This document shows positions 9,301-16,569 of a DNA stretch of 64,000 bases, piece by piece. Each line of letters starts with the position of its first letter. Positions within the stretch are counted from its first letter, which is position 1. The DNA comes from Bacteroidia bacterium (GTDB taxonomy: Bacteria > Bacteroidota > Bacteroidia > 2-12-FULL-35-15): positions 171,730-235,729 of the forward strand of contig JAURXZ010000024.1 of NCBI GenBank assembly GCA_030654175.1, given 5' to 3'. The translations under genes were made by a program, and so were the position numbers. The notes under the pieces are model-generated. The model made no database searches and had not been told where the DNA came from. It worked only from the letters and a program-made list of their open reading frames with translations.

Positions 9301-10001
9301 TAACGGAAGATATTTTTGCTGCCGGAGGCGTTCCGGTTTATTCTTATTTATGGTTGCCCGGAGGTACAACTTCAGCTTCAATTACGAGTACTCCAATAGC
9401 AAATACTACTTACACTGTTCAGGTTTCAGATGCTAATGGTTGCTCACCGGGTTTGCTGAATACAACAGTAACTGTGGTTCCTATTCCTGTTGCAGCTATT
9501 TCTGTTACGCCCAGTATTGTCGTTTTTTTTCCGCAAACAATTTGCTTCACTGCCGATAGCATCAATACAAGCTCGTTGTTATGGAACTTTGGAGATAACT
9601 CAATAGATTCAGTGAATTCCGTATGTCATTCTTTTCCCGGGGGAGGAACATATTGTGTCACTCTTCTGGAAACAAACACACTTGGTTGCCGCGATTCAGC
9701 AGAGGTATGTGTTGTAGAGGTTGAGGTACTTATTCCGAATGTATTCTCGCCAAATGGGGATGGTTTGAACGATATGTTTTTCATAGATATGGAAGTGGAT
9801 GGAATAACGTATTATAAATGCGAGATCTACGACCGCTGGGGACTTAAAATGGATGAACTCGTGAGGGCGAAGCAAGGCTGGTCGGGACATACAACCGCAG
9901 GATTAACAGCCTCTGAAGGGACTTATTACTTTGTGCTATCCATTGAATGGGGAAGTACCTTGAGTATCCACAAAGAAGGGTTCATTACATTGGTAAGATA
10001 A
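6396..10001 (+). CDS. SprB-repeat surface protein with PKD and T9SS type B sorting domain
   Basis: Signal peptide, Cys-rich N-domain, about nine SprB-like units (NVxCxG..GGTxPYxYxW..LxAGxY..TDxxGC), PKD (WNFGD), CTD IPNVFSPNGDGLND..IYDRWG..EGTYYF..GFITLVR. Confidence 0.93.
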   Translation: MMKKIVPLILVIISLFIKNVTAQGTDCATASPFCTASGAATFPAQQNTQAPIGPNYGCLGSQPNPAWFYLQIATAGNIVLDMNNSAVVDIDFICWGPFTTPAAGCSSGLTGAEIDCSYASDPNETCNIPNALVGQVYILLITNYSNDPTTITLAQNGGTGATSCGILCGMTALTAVPDVCASANNIFNVSGSVTYTSPPATGILTISNSCSGATQVINAPFNATSTGYTLTGLPANGDTCIVTAQFSATDPNCKLTQNFIAPHPVGFSFSSVTNVLCFGNTTGSATINVLDGVPPYTYSWSPSGQTDSTATGLAAGTHTVVVTDSIGCSYPNTITITTAPQLTTSFTSVTNVSCLGDNDGSASASVSGGIPVYTYLWSNSQTSQTATNLVAGTYTLTVTDSAGCSHLDSVTITSPLLLSHSFLPFTNVSCAGGNNGSATINVSGGTFPYTYLWSNSQTTQTATGLAAASYTIVVTDAHSCSFTDSVTITAPLPLIHSFSGIANIDCFGNPVGAATVDPSGGTPPYAYSWNSIPVQTTQTASTLYGGVFKVTVTDSLGCSFIDSVFITTPTGLGVFSPLITNVHCFGDSSGAATITPFGGTPGYTYLWNPGGQTDSIVSGLPAGIDTIRITDSFGCLIKTYVQITEPTLLTSTPSQLNILCFGDSSGSAGVLVAGGSTPYTYSWTPSVGTTAVVTGLPAGNYSLLITDSLGCTLSPSFTLTQPASPLSVLSSFVDVLCNPDSTGSAAIVVSGGTPGYSYLWSNGQTDSTISTVPAGNYTVMITDSVGCLDSSAITISEPPLLTFTSSQINVLCFGDSSGTASVLVSGGTLPYTFLWNPIATDTATLTGLPAGIDSVLITDAHGCQLSSSFIITQPALPLSLASSFVNVLCNPDSTGSASVIVTGGTSGYSYLWSSGQTTSGISSLPAGNYSVMVTDTNGCLDSSAIILTQPPPFTTTITADTSICEGMSITEDIFAAGGVPVYSYLWLPGGTTSASITSTPIANTTYTVQVSDANGCSPGLLNTTVTVVPIPVAAISVTPSIVVFFPQTICFTADSINTSSLLWNFGDNSIDSVNSVCHSFPGGGTYCVTLLETNTLGCRDSAEVCVVEVEVLIPNVFSPNGDGLNDMFFIDMEVDGITYYKCEIYDRWGLKMDELVRAKQGWSGHTTAGLTASEGTYYFVLSIEWGSTLSIHKEGFITLVR

Positions 10002-10007
10002 TTATAC

Positions 10008-10109
10008 AGGTAATGATGCAAAAGAAGGGATCTATTTTACATTATAGATACCGAAGGTAAGGATGGTAAAAAATATGAACCTAAAGGGTCAATAAAATTT
10101 ACTAGATAG
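10008..10109 (+). pseudogene. Orphan frameshifted copy of the last ~33 codons of the anti-sigma-like gene (direct repeat copy 2)
   Basis: By hand, 10 substitutions and a 1-bp deletion against 6001..6103. Confidence 0.85.
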
Positions 10110-10121
10110 GTTGGTAATTTA

Positions 10122-10216
10122 TTTGGGCGTTCACCTTTCTTAAAGAAGAAAGGGTCGGGCTTTCCACTTCAATCTTTTCTAAACAGAAAAGGATTTACGT
10201 TGCAATCCCTAACGCA
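10122..10216 (+). repeat. ~95-bp structured interspersed repeat, Flavo-1-RNA-like, copy 1
   Basis: ttgggcgtt..gggtcgggctttccacttcaatcttttct..agaaaaggatttacgttgcaatccctaacgca; homologs at 24810 and 35027. Flavo-1 label is from memory of the motif. Confidence 0.7.
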
Positions 10217-10248
10217 ATCCGTTAACAATGAAAATTATCGGGTTCGAA

Positions 10249-12036
10249 TTACATCCTCTCCGGAACATCAATTCCCAATAACTGCATCGACTCTTTAATG
10301 GCACTTCCAACGGTTTTCGATAAGTGTAAACGGAATAAGATCAGATCTTTTTGTTCTTCTTTTAAGATGGAAACATCGTGATAATACTGACTGAATTCTT
10401 TCGCCAGATCATATATATAATTAGCGATCAATGCAGGGCTGTATTCCGCAGCAGCCTGGTTTAAAGTAGTGTTGAAACTATACAATTTAATGATCAGTTC
10501 TTTTTCTTTGGTTAGCAAATTAGCGGGAGATGAGAACGAATCGGTAAACTCAAACCCGGACAGATCCTTGGCTTTGCGCAGCAATGCCTGTATCCTTACA
10601 TAGTTAAATTGGATGAAAGGGGCGGTATTTCCATTAAAATCGATAGATTCGGCAGGGTTGAAAAGCATTTTCTTTTTCGGGTCCACTTTCAGCATAAAAT
10701 ATTTTAATGCCCCCAAACCTATTGTACGATATAATTTTTCAGCATCTTCGTTACTCAGGTCTGTTGCTTTCCCAAGCTCTTTGGAAGTTACAGCAGCGGT
10801 ATCGATCATCTCCTGCATTAATTCATCAGCGTCAACAACAGTTCCTTCCCGCGATTTCATTTTACCTTCCGGCAACTCCACCATTCCGTATGACAAATGA
10901 TATAAACCCTCGGCCCATTTGTAACCCAGCTTACTTAGTATGAGAAACAATACTTTAAAATGATAATCCTGCTCATTGGCAACTGTGTAGATCAATTTAT
11001 CAAAATGCTCTTCTTCGGCACGCTGAACAGCTGTTCCAAGATCCTGCGTCATATATACAGAAGTACCATCAGCACGTAACAATGTTTTTTCATCTAAACC
11101 ATCGGCAGTCAGATCAATGTAAACCGAATTGTCTGCCCTGCGTTTTAAAATATTTTTTGCCAACCCTACTTCAATGATATTTTTACCGAATAAATACGTT
11201 TGGCTTTCGTAGTAGATTATATCGAAATCAACGCCCAGCATTTTGTAAGTAGACTCAAAGCCCTTGTATACCCAGCTATTCATCATACCCCAAAGTTCCA
11301 TGGTATCTTTATCAGCGGCTTCCCATTTGAAAAGCATTTGCTGTGCTTCCTGCATCAATGGAGCTTGCTTTTCGGCATCCTCCTTTGTTTTCCCTTGTTT
11401 AACAAGGTTTGCAATTTCCTCTTTATAATGCTTATCGAATTCTACATAGTATTTACCAACTAAATGATCGCCCTTAATACCAGTAGATTCAGGTGTTTCG
11501 CCATTACCCCATTTTTGCCAGGCCAACATGGATTTGCAAATATGAATGCCACGGTCATTTACAATGTTTGTTTTTATTACTTTGTTTCCTGCTGCTTTTA
11601 AGATCTCAGAAACTGAATAGCCCAATAAATTGTTACGGACATGGCCAAGGTGCAGTGGTTTATTGGTGTTTGGTGAGGAATATTCAACCATCACGGTTGG
11701 AGCGTCTGCCGGTAATATTGCATTAATAAAAGGCTTTCCATTGATCGACTTAAAATAATTCAACCAAAAAGAATCAGCAATAACAATATTTAAAAACCCT
11801 TTTATTACATTAAAATCAGCTACTTCGGGTACATTTATTTTAAGAAAATTTCCAATTTCGGTAGCGGTTTCTTCCGGTTTCTTTTTTGAAATTTTCAGGA
11901 AATTAAAAACCACTAACGTAAGGTCTCCTTCAAAATCAGGATTTGTTTTTTCGAAAACAATTTTTTCTATCGCAGCGCCATAAAGCGATTGCAAGGCTTC
12001 AATTGTTTTTTCAGAAAGTTTTTTTTCAATGTTCAT
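10249..12036 (-). CDS. argS: Arginine--tRNA ligase
   Basis: VEYSSPNTNKPLHLGH (HIGH), GKMKSREG, FNGNTAPFIQ, C-terminal LLGIDVPERM; ATG 12036. Confidence 0.97.
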   Translation of the reverse strand: MNIEKKLSEKTIEALQSLYGAAIEKIVFEKTNPDFEGDLTLVVFNFLKISKKKPEETATEIGNFLKINVPEVADFNVIKGFLNIVIADSFWLNYFKSINGKPFINAILPADAPTVMVEYSSPNTNKPLHLGHVRNNLLGYSVSEILKAAGNKVIKTNIVNDRGIHICKSMLAWQKWGNGETPESTGIKGDHLVGKYYVEFDKHYKEEIANLVKQGKTKEDAEKQAPLMQEAQQMLFKWEAADKDTMELWGMMNSWVYKGFESTYKMLGVDFDIIYYESQTYLFGKNIIEVGLAKNILKRRADNSVYIDLTADGLDEKTLLRADGTSVYMTQDLGTAVQRAEEEHFDKLIYTVANEQDYHFKVLFLILSKLGYKWAEGLYHLSYGMVELPEGKMKSREGTVVDADELMQEMIDTAAVTSKELGKATDLSNEDAEKLYRTIGLGALKYFMLKVDPKKKMLFNPAESIDFNGNTAPFIQFNYVRIQALLRKAKDLSGFEFTDSFSSPANLLTKEKELIIKLYSFNTTLNQAAAEYSPALIANYIYDLAKEFSQYYHDVSILKEEQKDLILFRLHLSKTVGSAIKESMQLLGIDVPERM

Positions 12037-12172
12037 AAAAGGCAATTTTAACAATTTAGCAATTTGACAACAGGCAATTAAACAAACGTAACGGTTCTAA
12101 TTTAACAATTCGACAATAGGCAATAAACAACAAACTACAAATGACCGATGACCAATGACCAATGAACCAACT

Positions 12173-12871
12173 TCAAAACAAACCTTCATCCGCAAAGCTA
12201 TAAAAACCATTGTCGGTAATTATCAAATGGTCGAGTAAAGGTATTTCCATTATTTTACCTGCCTCTTTTATATTTTTAGTGATCTTTATATCAGCATCGC
12301 TTGGCTTCAAATTTCCCGAAGGGTGATTATGGCAAATAATGATAGAGCTGGCATGGTTTCCGATAGCTGTTTTAAAAATTATCTTAGTATCCACTACAGT
12401 TCCCGAAACCCCTCCCCGACTTATTAATTCTTTTTTTATCACTAAATTGGCCCTGTTCAGCATTATCAACCAAAATTCTTCGTGAGGCAGATCCATCATG
12501 GATGGTTTCATAATTTCAAAAGCATCCTTGCTTGTAATAATTTTTTCGCGCTTAACTGTCTCGGTTTCTTTTCTTCTTCTGCCTAGTTCTAAAGCTGCGA
12601 TTATGCTTATTGCTTTTGCATCACCTATACCTTTAAATTGATTCAATTCTTGTACGGTAAGCTTTCCTAAATTATTCAGGTTATTATCCACACTCAGCAA
12701 TATGCGCTTAGAAAGCTCTACCGCTGTTTCATCCTTGCTGCCCGAACCAATTAAGATCGCGATCAGTTCTGCTTCGGTGAGCATGTGCCGGCCTTTATCC
12801 AATAGCTTTTCGCGAGGACGATCTTCTTCTGCCCAGGATTTTATGCCTACTGATGGTTTATAGTCTGCCAT
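12173..12871 (-). CDS. radC: RadC (JAB-domain) protein
   Basis: DRPREKL, HhH FKGIGDAKA, CHNHPSGNLKPSDAD, LLDHLII. Confidence 0.95.
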   Translation of the reverse strand: MADYKPSVGIKSWAEEDRPREKLLDKGRHMLTEAELIAILIGSGSKDETAVELSKRILLSVDNNLNNLGKLTVQELNQFKGIGDAKAISIIAALELGRRRKETETVKREKIITSKDAFEIMKPSMMDLPHEEFWLIMLNRANLVIKKELISRGGVSGTVVDTKIIFKTAIGNHASSIIICHNHPSGNLKPSDADIKITKNIKEAGKIMEIPLLDHLIITDNGFYSFADEGLF

Positions 12872-12934
12872 AAAAAAAACAATTTTAAAATGAACCGAAA
12901 TTCAGAACTACGCTATTGATCTAAAAAATAATAA

Positions 12935-13028
12935 TGCCACAGATTACACAGATTTATACTACTTATAATAATCTAAATTTTTCACCTTTTGCAGTTTAAA
13001 ATCTATTTAATCTGTGTAATCTGTGGCA
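12935..13028. repeat. Element with perfect 20-bp terminal inverted repeats (9-bp period)
   Basis: tgccacagattacacagatt (12935..12954) / aatctgtgtaatctgtggca (13009..13028). Confidence 0.85.
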
Positions 13029-13061
13029 AAATAAGACCGAGGAACAGTTTTATAAAAACAT

Positions 13062-13091
13062 AAAAAAAGGCTTCGCATACAGCGAAGCCTT
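13062..13091 (-). terminator. Intrinsic terminator of rpsT
   Basis: aaggcttcgc-ataca-gcgaagcctt with a T-run on - strand. Confidence 0.8.
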
Positions 13092-13123
13092 AGTCTATTC
13101 AAATAATAAAAATTAAAATTTGA

Positions 13124-13465
13124 TTATTTTTTTGTTGCTTTTTTTGGTGCAGCTGCTTTTTTTGCAACCGGTTCTTTTTTTGCAACTACTTTAGGTTCTG
13201 CTTTTACAACTGTTACTAAAGCATTAACTCTTTTGGTTAATTTTGATTTCAAATTAGCAGCTTTATTCTTGTGAATAACGTTTTTCTTTGCCAATTTATC
13301 AACCATTGCAACAACTTTAGGAAGTTTTTCTTTTGCAGATGCTACAACTTCATCTGTTCTTAGATCCTTAACTGCATTACGCATTGTTTTTGCCTGGTAA
13401 CGATTTGTTAATCTTTTAGCATCGTTAGAACGGATTCTTTTGATACTCGATTTGTGATTTGCCAT
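13124..13465 (-). CDS. rpsT: 30S ribosomal protein S20 with Lys/Ala-rich tail
   Basis: [25 protein letters not shown]. Confidence 0.97.
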   Translation of the reverse strand: MANHKSSIKRIRSNDAKRLTNRYQAKTMRNAVKDLRTDEVVASAKEKLPKVVAMVDKLAKKNVIHKNKAANLKSKLTKRVNALVTVVKAEPKVVAKKEPVAKKAAAPKKATKK

Positions 13466-13601
13466 TTTCTTTTTTTTACGTTGCCAACCTATTGATTAAC
13501 AACAAATTACTCTTTTTTTTGTTGCAGCTTTTTATAATCTGCTTACTTTTCCCACCTCAAAACTGGAAACCTTTTCGGGAGCCTTTTCATGAATTGGGAT
13601 G

Positions 13602-13609
13602 CAAATATA
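13602..13609 (-). promoter_or_regulatory. -7 box for rpsT
   Basis: TATATTTG followed by CA on - strand. Confidence 0.6.
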
Positions 13610-13874
13610 GGTATTTTTTGATTTGTTTTCAACAATTGTCAAAAAAATTGATTTTTTTATGGCCTTAAAAGCCAATCATAAGGTCATAGTATTCATTTCT
13701 ATCTAAATTAGAGGGGCATCAAATTCTTTAAATAGTCCACTCCTGAGCCATTTTTCGACTAAACACCGGGCACAAAACATATTCAGCAGCATGTTTTGAC
13801 TACCCTAAAGAAATGCAAGCATTAATGAGATTTATTATTTAAATTTGGTGTAAGCCTATCAGATAATTACAGTA

Positions 13875-15113
13875 TTGTTCTCTTCAGAGCTATATTGCAA
13901 AACAAAGAGTAAAAAATTGAAAAAACTTATAGATAAAATAATAAATACCGGAGTTAGAGCCGATTACCTGCCTTGGGAAACACATCTCACAAGAAAACTG
14001 AATTTAGTAGCATTAATGGCAATGCCAAATTTTATCCTGGTAATTGGATTTTTTGAAATTATAGGCTACTCCCAATTTCTTTTGGATTGTTATTTTGCTG
14101 TAATTGCCTTGTGTATAGTGCCAGTAATGAATGGTTTCAAAAATTACTTATGGGCAGCGTATTGGTTTTTTTGTTACGGATTTTTCTTTTTCTTTTTCAT
14201 CAACCTGAAAGAAGGCAAGGAATCTTACATGATCTTATTTTATTTCCCTGTGATCATAAGTATGGTTCAACTTTTGGGGCGAAGAGAAACATTTAAACAT
14301 CTTATTGTTTTAGGCGGCATCTGTTTGCTTTCTATTATTGCAATTTTAATTGGATTTAAACTTCAACTGTTCCAGGTATATTTAAACGATGAAATTATCA
14401 ATAACCTGATCATTTTAAATATTTTAGTCAGTTTATTATCTACGCTCGCTTTTATGCTGGCAGTGGCATTGGAGTCCATAAAGCAGGAAAGCCTGATTGA
14501 AAAAATGTTCAAAGAAAAAGAAATTTTACTTGCAGAAGTTTTTCACCGTGTAAAAAACAATATGAACATTGTTACAAGTCTATTAAATTTAAAAAAAAAT
14601 ATGTCCGATTCACATGAGGTACAAACGGCACTTGAAGATTGTCGTGGCCGTGTATATGCAATGGCTTTGGTGCATCACAACATATTTACAAACAACAATA
14701 CCATTGGTTTGAATTTTAAAGATTATGTAAATAGCCTGGTAACAGAAATAACGAACTCCTTAGGTGATAAAGATGAGGTTGAAATTCTTTTGGAAACAGA
14801 AGATGTTAACCTGGAATTATCAAATGCAATACCCTGTGGATTAATTTTAAATGAATTAATTACAAACTCCTTTAAATATGGACAATCGGAAAACAAAAAA
14901 CTGTTGATCCATGTTAAATTGAAAAAAAACAAGAATACAATTGAGCTTGAAGTGAAAGATAATGGTCCGGGGTTTTCGGATGAAGCCCTTCAAAAAACAA
15001 ACACATTAGGCATTGAACTGATCAAATCTTTATCAGAACAGATTGGCGGAGCACACACCTTTGGTAATGATACCGGACTGGTTTTTAATCTTACGTTCAA
15101 ACAGGCTTCTTAA
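13875..15113 (+). CDS. Multi-TM sensor histidine kinase, HisKA_2 type
   Basis: About 6 TM helices; EVFHRVKNN, PCGLILNELITNSFKY, DNGPG, LGIELI; start may be TTG 13917. Confidence 0.9.
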   Translation: MFSSELYCKTKSKKLKKLIDKIINTGVRADYLPWETHLTRKLNLVALMAMPNFILVIGFFEIIGYSQFLLDCYFAVIALCIVPVMNGFKNYLWAAYWFFCYGFFFFFFINLKEGKESYMILFYFPVIISMVQLLGRRETFKHLIVLGGICLLSIIAILIGFKLQLFQVYLNDEIINNLIILNILVSLLSTLAFMLAVALESIKQESLIEKMFKEKEILLAEVFHRVKNNMNIVTSLLNLKKNMSDSHEVQTALEDCRGRVYAMALVHHNIFTNNNTIGLNFKDYVNSLVTEITNSLGDKDEVEILLETEDVNLELSNAIPCGLILNELITNSFKYGQSENKKLLIHVKLKKNKNTIELEVKDNGPGFSDEALQKTNTLGIELIKSLSEQIGGAHTFGNDTGLVFNLTFKQAS

Positions 15114-15280
15114 GTTCTAATACTCGCCCTAAACCGCAATTACCAGCTGTGTCTTTGAATCGTTCTTGTTCGTTTATTAAACACCAGATAGATCAAAGCG
15201 AAGCAGGTAAAAAATTTTATCTTTACTATATTTACGGATCTATTTTAAATAGACATTAACAATATAAAAAAAACAAAATT

Positions 15281-16438
15281 ATGGATGTTTCTTATATTTT
15301 AAATCACTTTGGTGAGGAACGTGAAGAATATTACGGAGCCGTTGCTCCACCGGTGTTTCAAACAAGTAATTTTTGTTTTAAAACGGTGGCAGAAATGCGT
15401 GAAAAATTAAAAAGGGAATTGGAAACCCCTTTTTATTCCAGAGGTTTTAACCCCACTGTATCGGTGCTTAGAAAAAAAGTGGCAGCGCTGGAGCAGGCCG
15501 AGGATGCGCTTGTTTTTTCCAGCGGAAGTGCGGCTGTTGCGGCAGCTGTAATGAGTGTTGTAAAGGCCGGAGACCATGTGGTTTGTGTTGAAAAACCTTA
15601 TAGCTGGACCAATAATTTGTTAACCAAATACCTTTCGAAATATGGTGTTACCACCACATTTGTTGATGGTAAAGAACTGATAAACTTTGTGAATGCCATA
15701 CAACCGAATACAAAATTAATTTACCTGGAAAGCCCTAATTCATTAACATTTGAGATGCAGGATATTGAAGCTGTTGCAATTCTTGCCAGATCAAAAAACA
15801 TTTGCACCATCATTGATAACAGTTATAACTCACCTATTAACCAGCAGCCGATCACCCTTGGGATTGATATGGTAATACATTCAGCCACTAAGTATTTGAA
15901 CGGACACAGTGATGTGGTTGCAGGTGTGGTGTGTGGAACAAAAGAGAGGATAATGAAAATGATGGCAGAAGAATACATGACCATTGGAGGCATTATTTCT
16001 GCGCAGGATGCTGCATTGATCGTACGCGGATTAAGAACACTCGAGCTTAGGGTAAACAGAAGCGCTGAAACCACTGAAAAGATCATTTCTTTTTTAGAAA
16101 ATCACCCTAAAATAAAACAGATCAATTACCCCTTCCTATCCACAAACCCACAACTGCATTTGGCTAAAAAACAAATGAAGCAAGGCGGAGCTTTGTTTTC
16201 AATTGTTTTGAATGCTGAAAAAACTGAACAGATCGAAAAATTCTGTGATGGCCTAAAACGCTTTCTTATGGCCACTTCCTGGGGAGGTTACGAATCTCTC
16301 ATTTTTCCGATATGTGCATTGGGTGCAAGTAAAAGCTTTGAAAATCCATTGCCATGGAATTTAGTTCGTTTGTATATTGGATTGGAAGATGCGGATTTAT
16401 TGATTGAAGATTTGGGGCAGGCGCTGGATAAGATGTAA
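15281..16438 (+). CDS. PLP-dependent Cys/Met transsulfuration enzyme (cystathionine beta-lyase/gamma-synthase family)
   Basis: YSRGFNPT, ESPNS, DNSY, HSATKYLNGHSDV, SWGGYESL, VRLYIGLED. Confidence 0.92.
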   Translation: MDVSYILNHFGEEREEYYGAVAPPVFQTSNFCFKTVAEMREKLKRELETPFYSRGFNPTVSVLRKKVAALEQAEDALVFSSGSAAVAAAVMSVVKAGDHVVCVEKPYSWTNNLLTKYLSKYGVTTTFVDGKELINFVNAIQPNTKLIYLESPNSLTFEMQDIEAVAILARSKNICTIIDNSYNSPINQQPITLGIDMVIHSATKYLNGHSDVVAGVVCGTKERIMKMMAEEYMTIGGIISAQDAALIVRGLRTLELRVNRSAETTEKIISFLENHPKIKQINYPFLSTNPQLHLAKKQMKQGGALFSIVLNAEKTEQIEKFCDGLKRFLMATSWGGYESLIFPICALGASKSFENPLPWNLVRLYIGLEDADLLIEDLGQALDKM

Positions 16439-16444
16439 AAATAA

Positions 16445-16554
16445 GCACTTCCTTACCACGCACAAAAGTTGAAACCGTTAACATCTGAGCTTCCTTCTTC
16501 AGATTAATGCCTGGTTCGCCAGCCTTTCAGAGAGTTCGGAAAGCGCCTTTTTTT
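16445..16554 (+). other. Candidate structured RNA / long terminator
   Basis: Ends GCACTTCC/GGAAAGCGC pair, internal ATCTGA/TCAGAT stem and CTGG-TTCG-CCAG hairpin, then a T-run. Confidence 0.35.
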
Positions 16555-16557
16555 CTT

Positions 16558-16565
16558 TACCTTTG
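16558..16565 (+). promoter_or_regulatory. -7 box for the downstream kinase gene
   Basis: TACCTTTG 4 nt before ATG 16570. Confidence 0.55.
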
Positions 16566-16569
16566 TTAT

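Noticed and set aside
6001-10109. Diversity-generating retroelement TR/VR pair
   Set aside because: Mismatches are not confined to adenines of either copy (5 of 10 or 3 of 10; also C/T and G/T) and there is no reverse transcriptase in the window
12045-12170. 7-8-bp tandem runs (caatttaa, caatgac; also ~4390..4452 and ~57815..57880)
   Set aside because: Degenerate low-complexity intergenic repeats with no assignable function
12173-12871. radC as a marker of a mobile element
   Set aside because: Full-length HhH+JAB form between argS and rpsT, with no mobility genes nearby
13466-13874. tRNA beside rpsT
   Set aside because: No cloverleaf or GTTCRA T-loop on either strand
16445-16554. SRP RNA or glycine riboswitch on the minus strand (GAAGGAAGC, CTCTGAAAG words)
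   Set aside because: The rest of each consensus is missing and no minus-strand gene lies downstream
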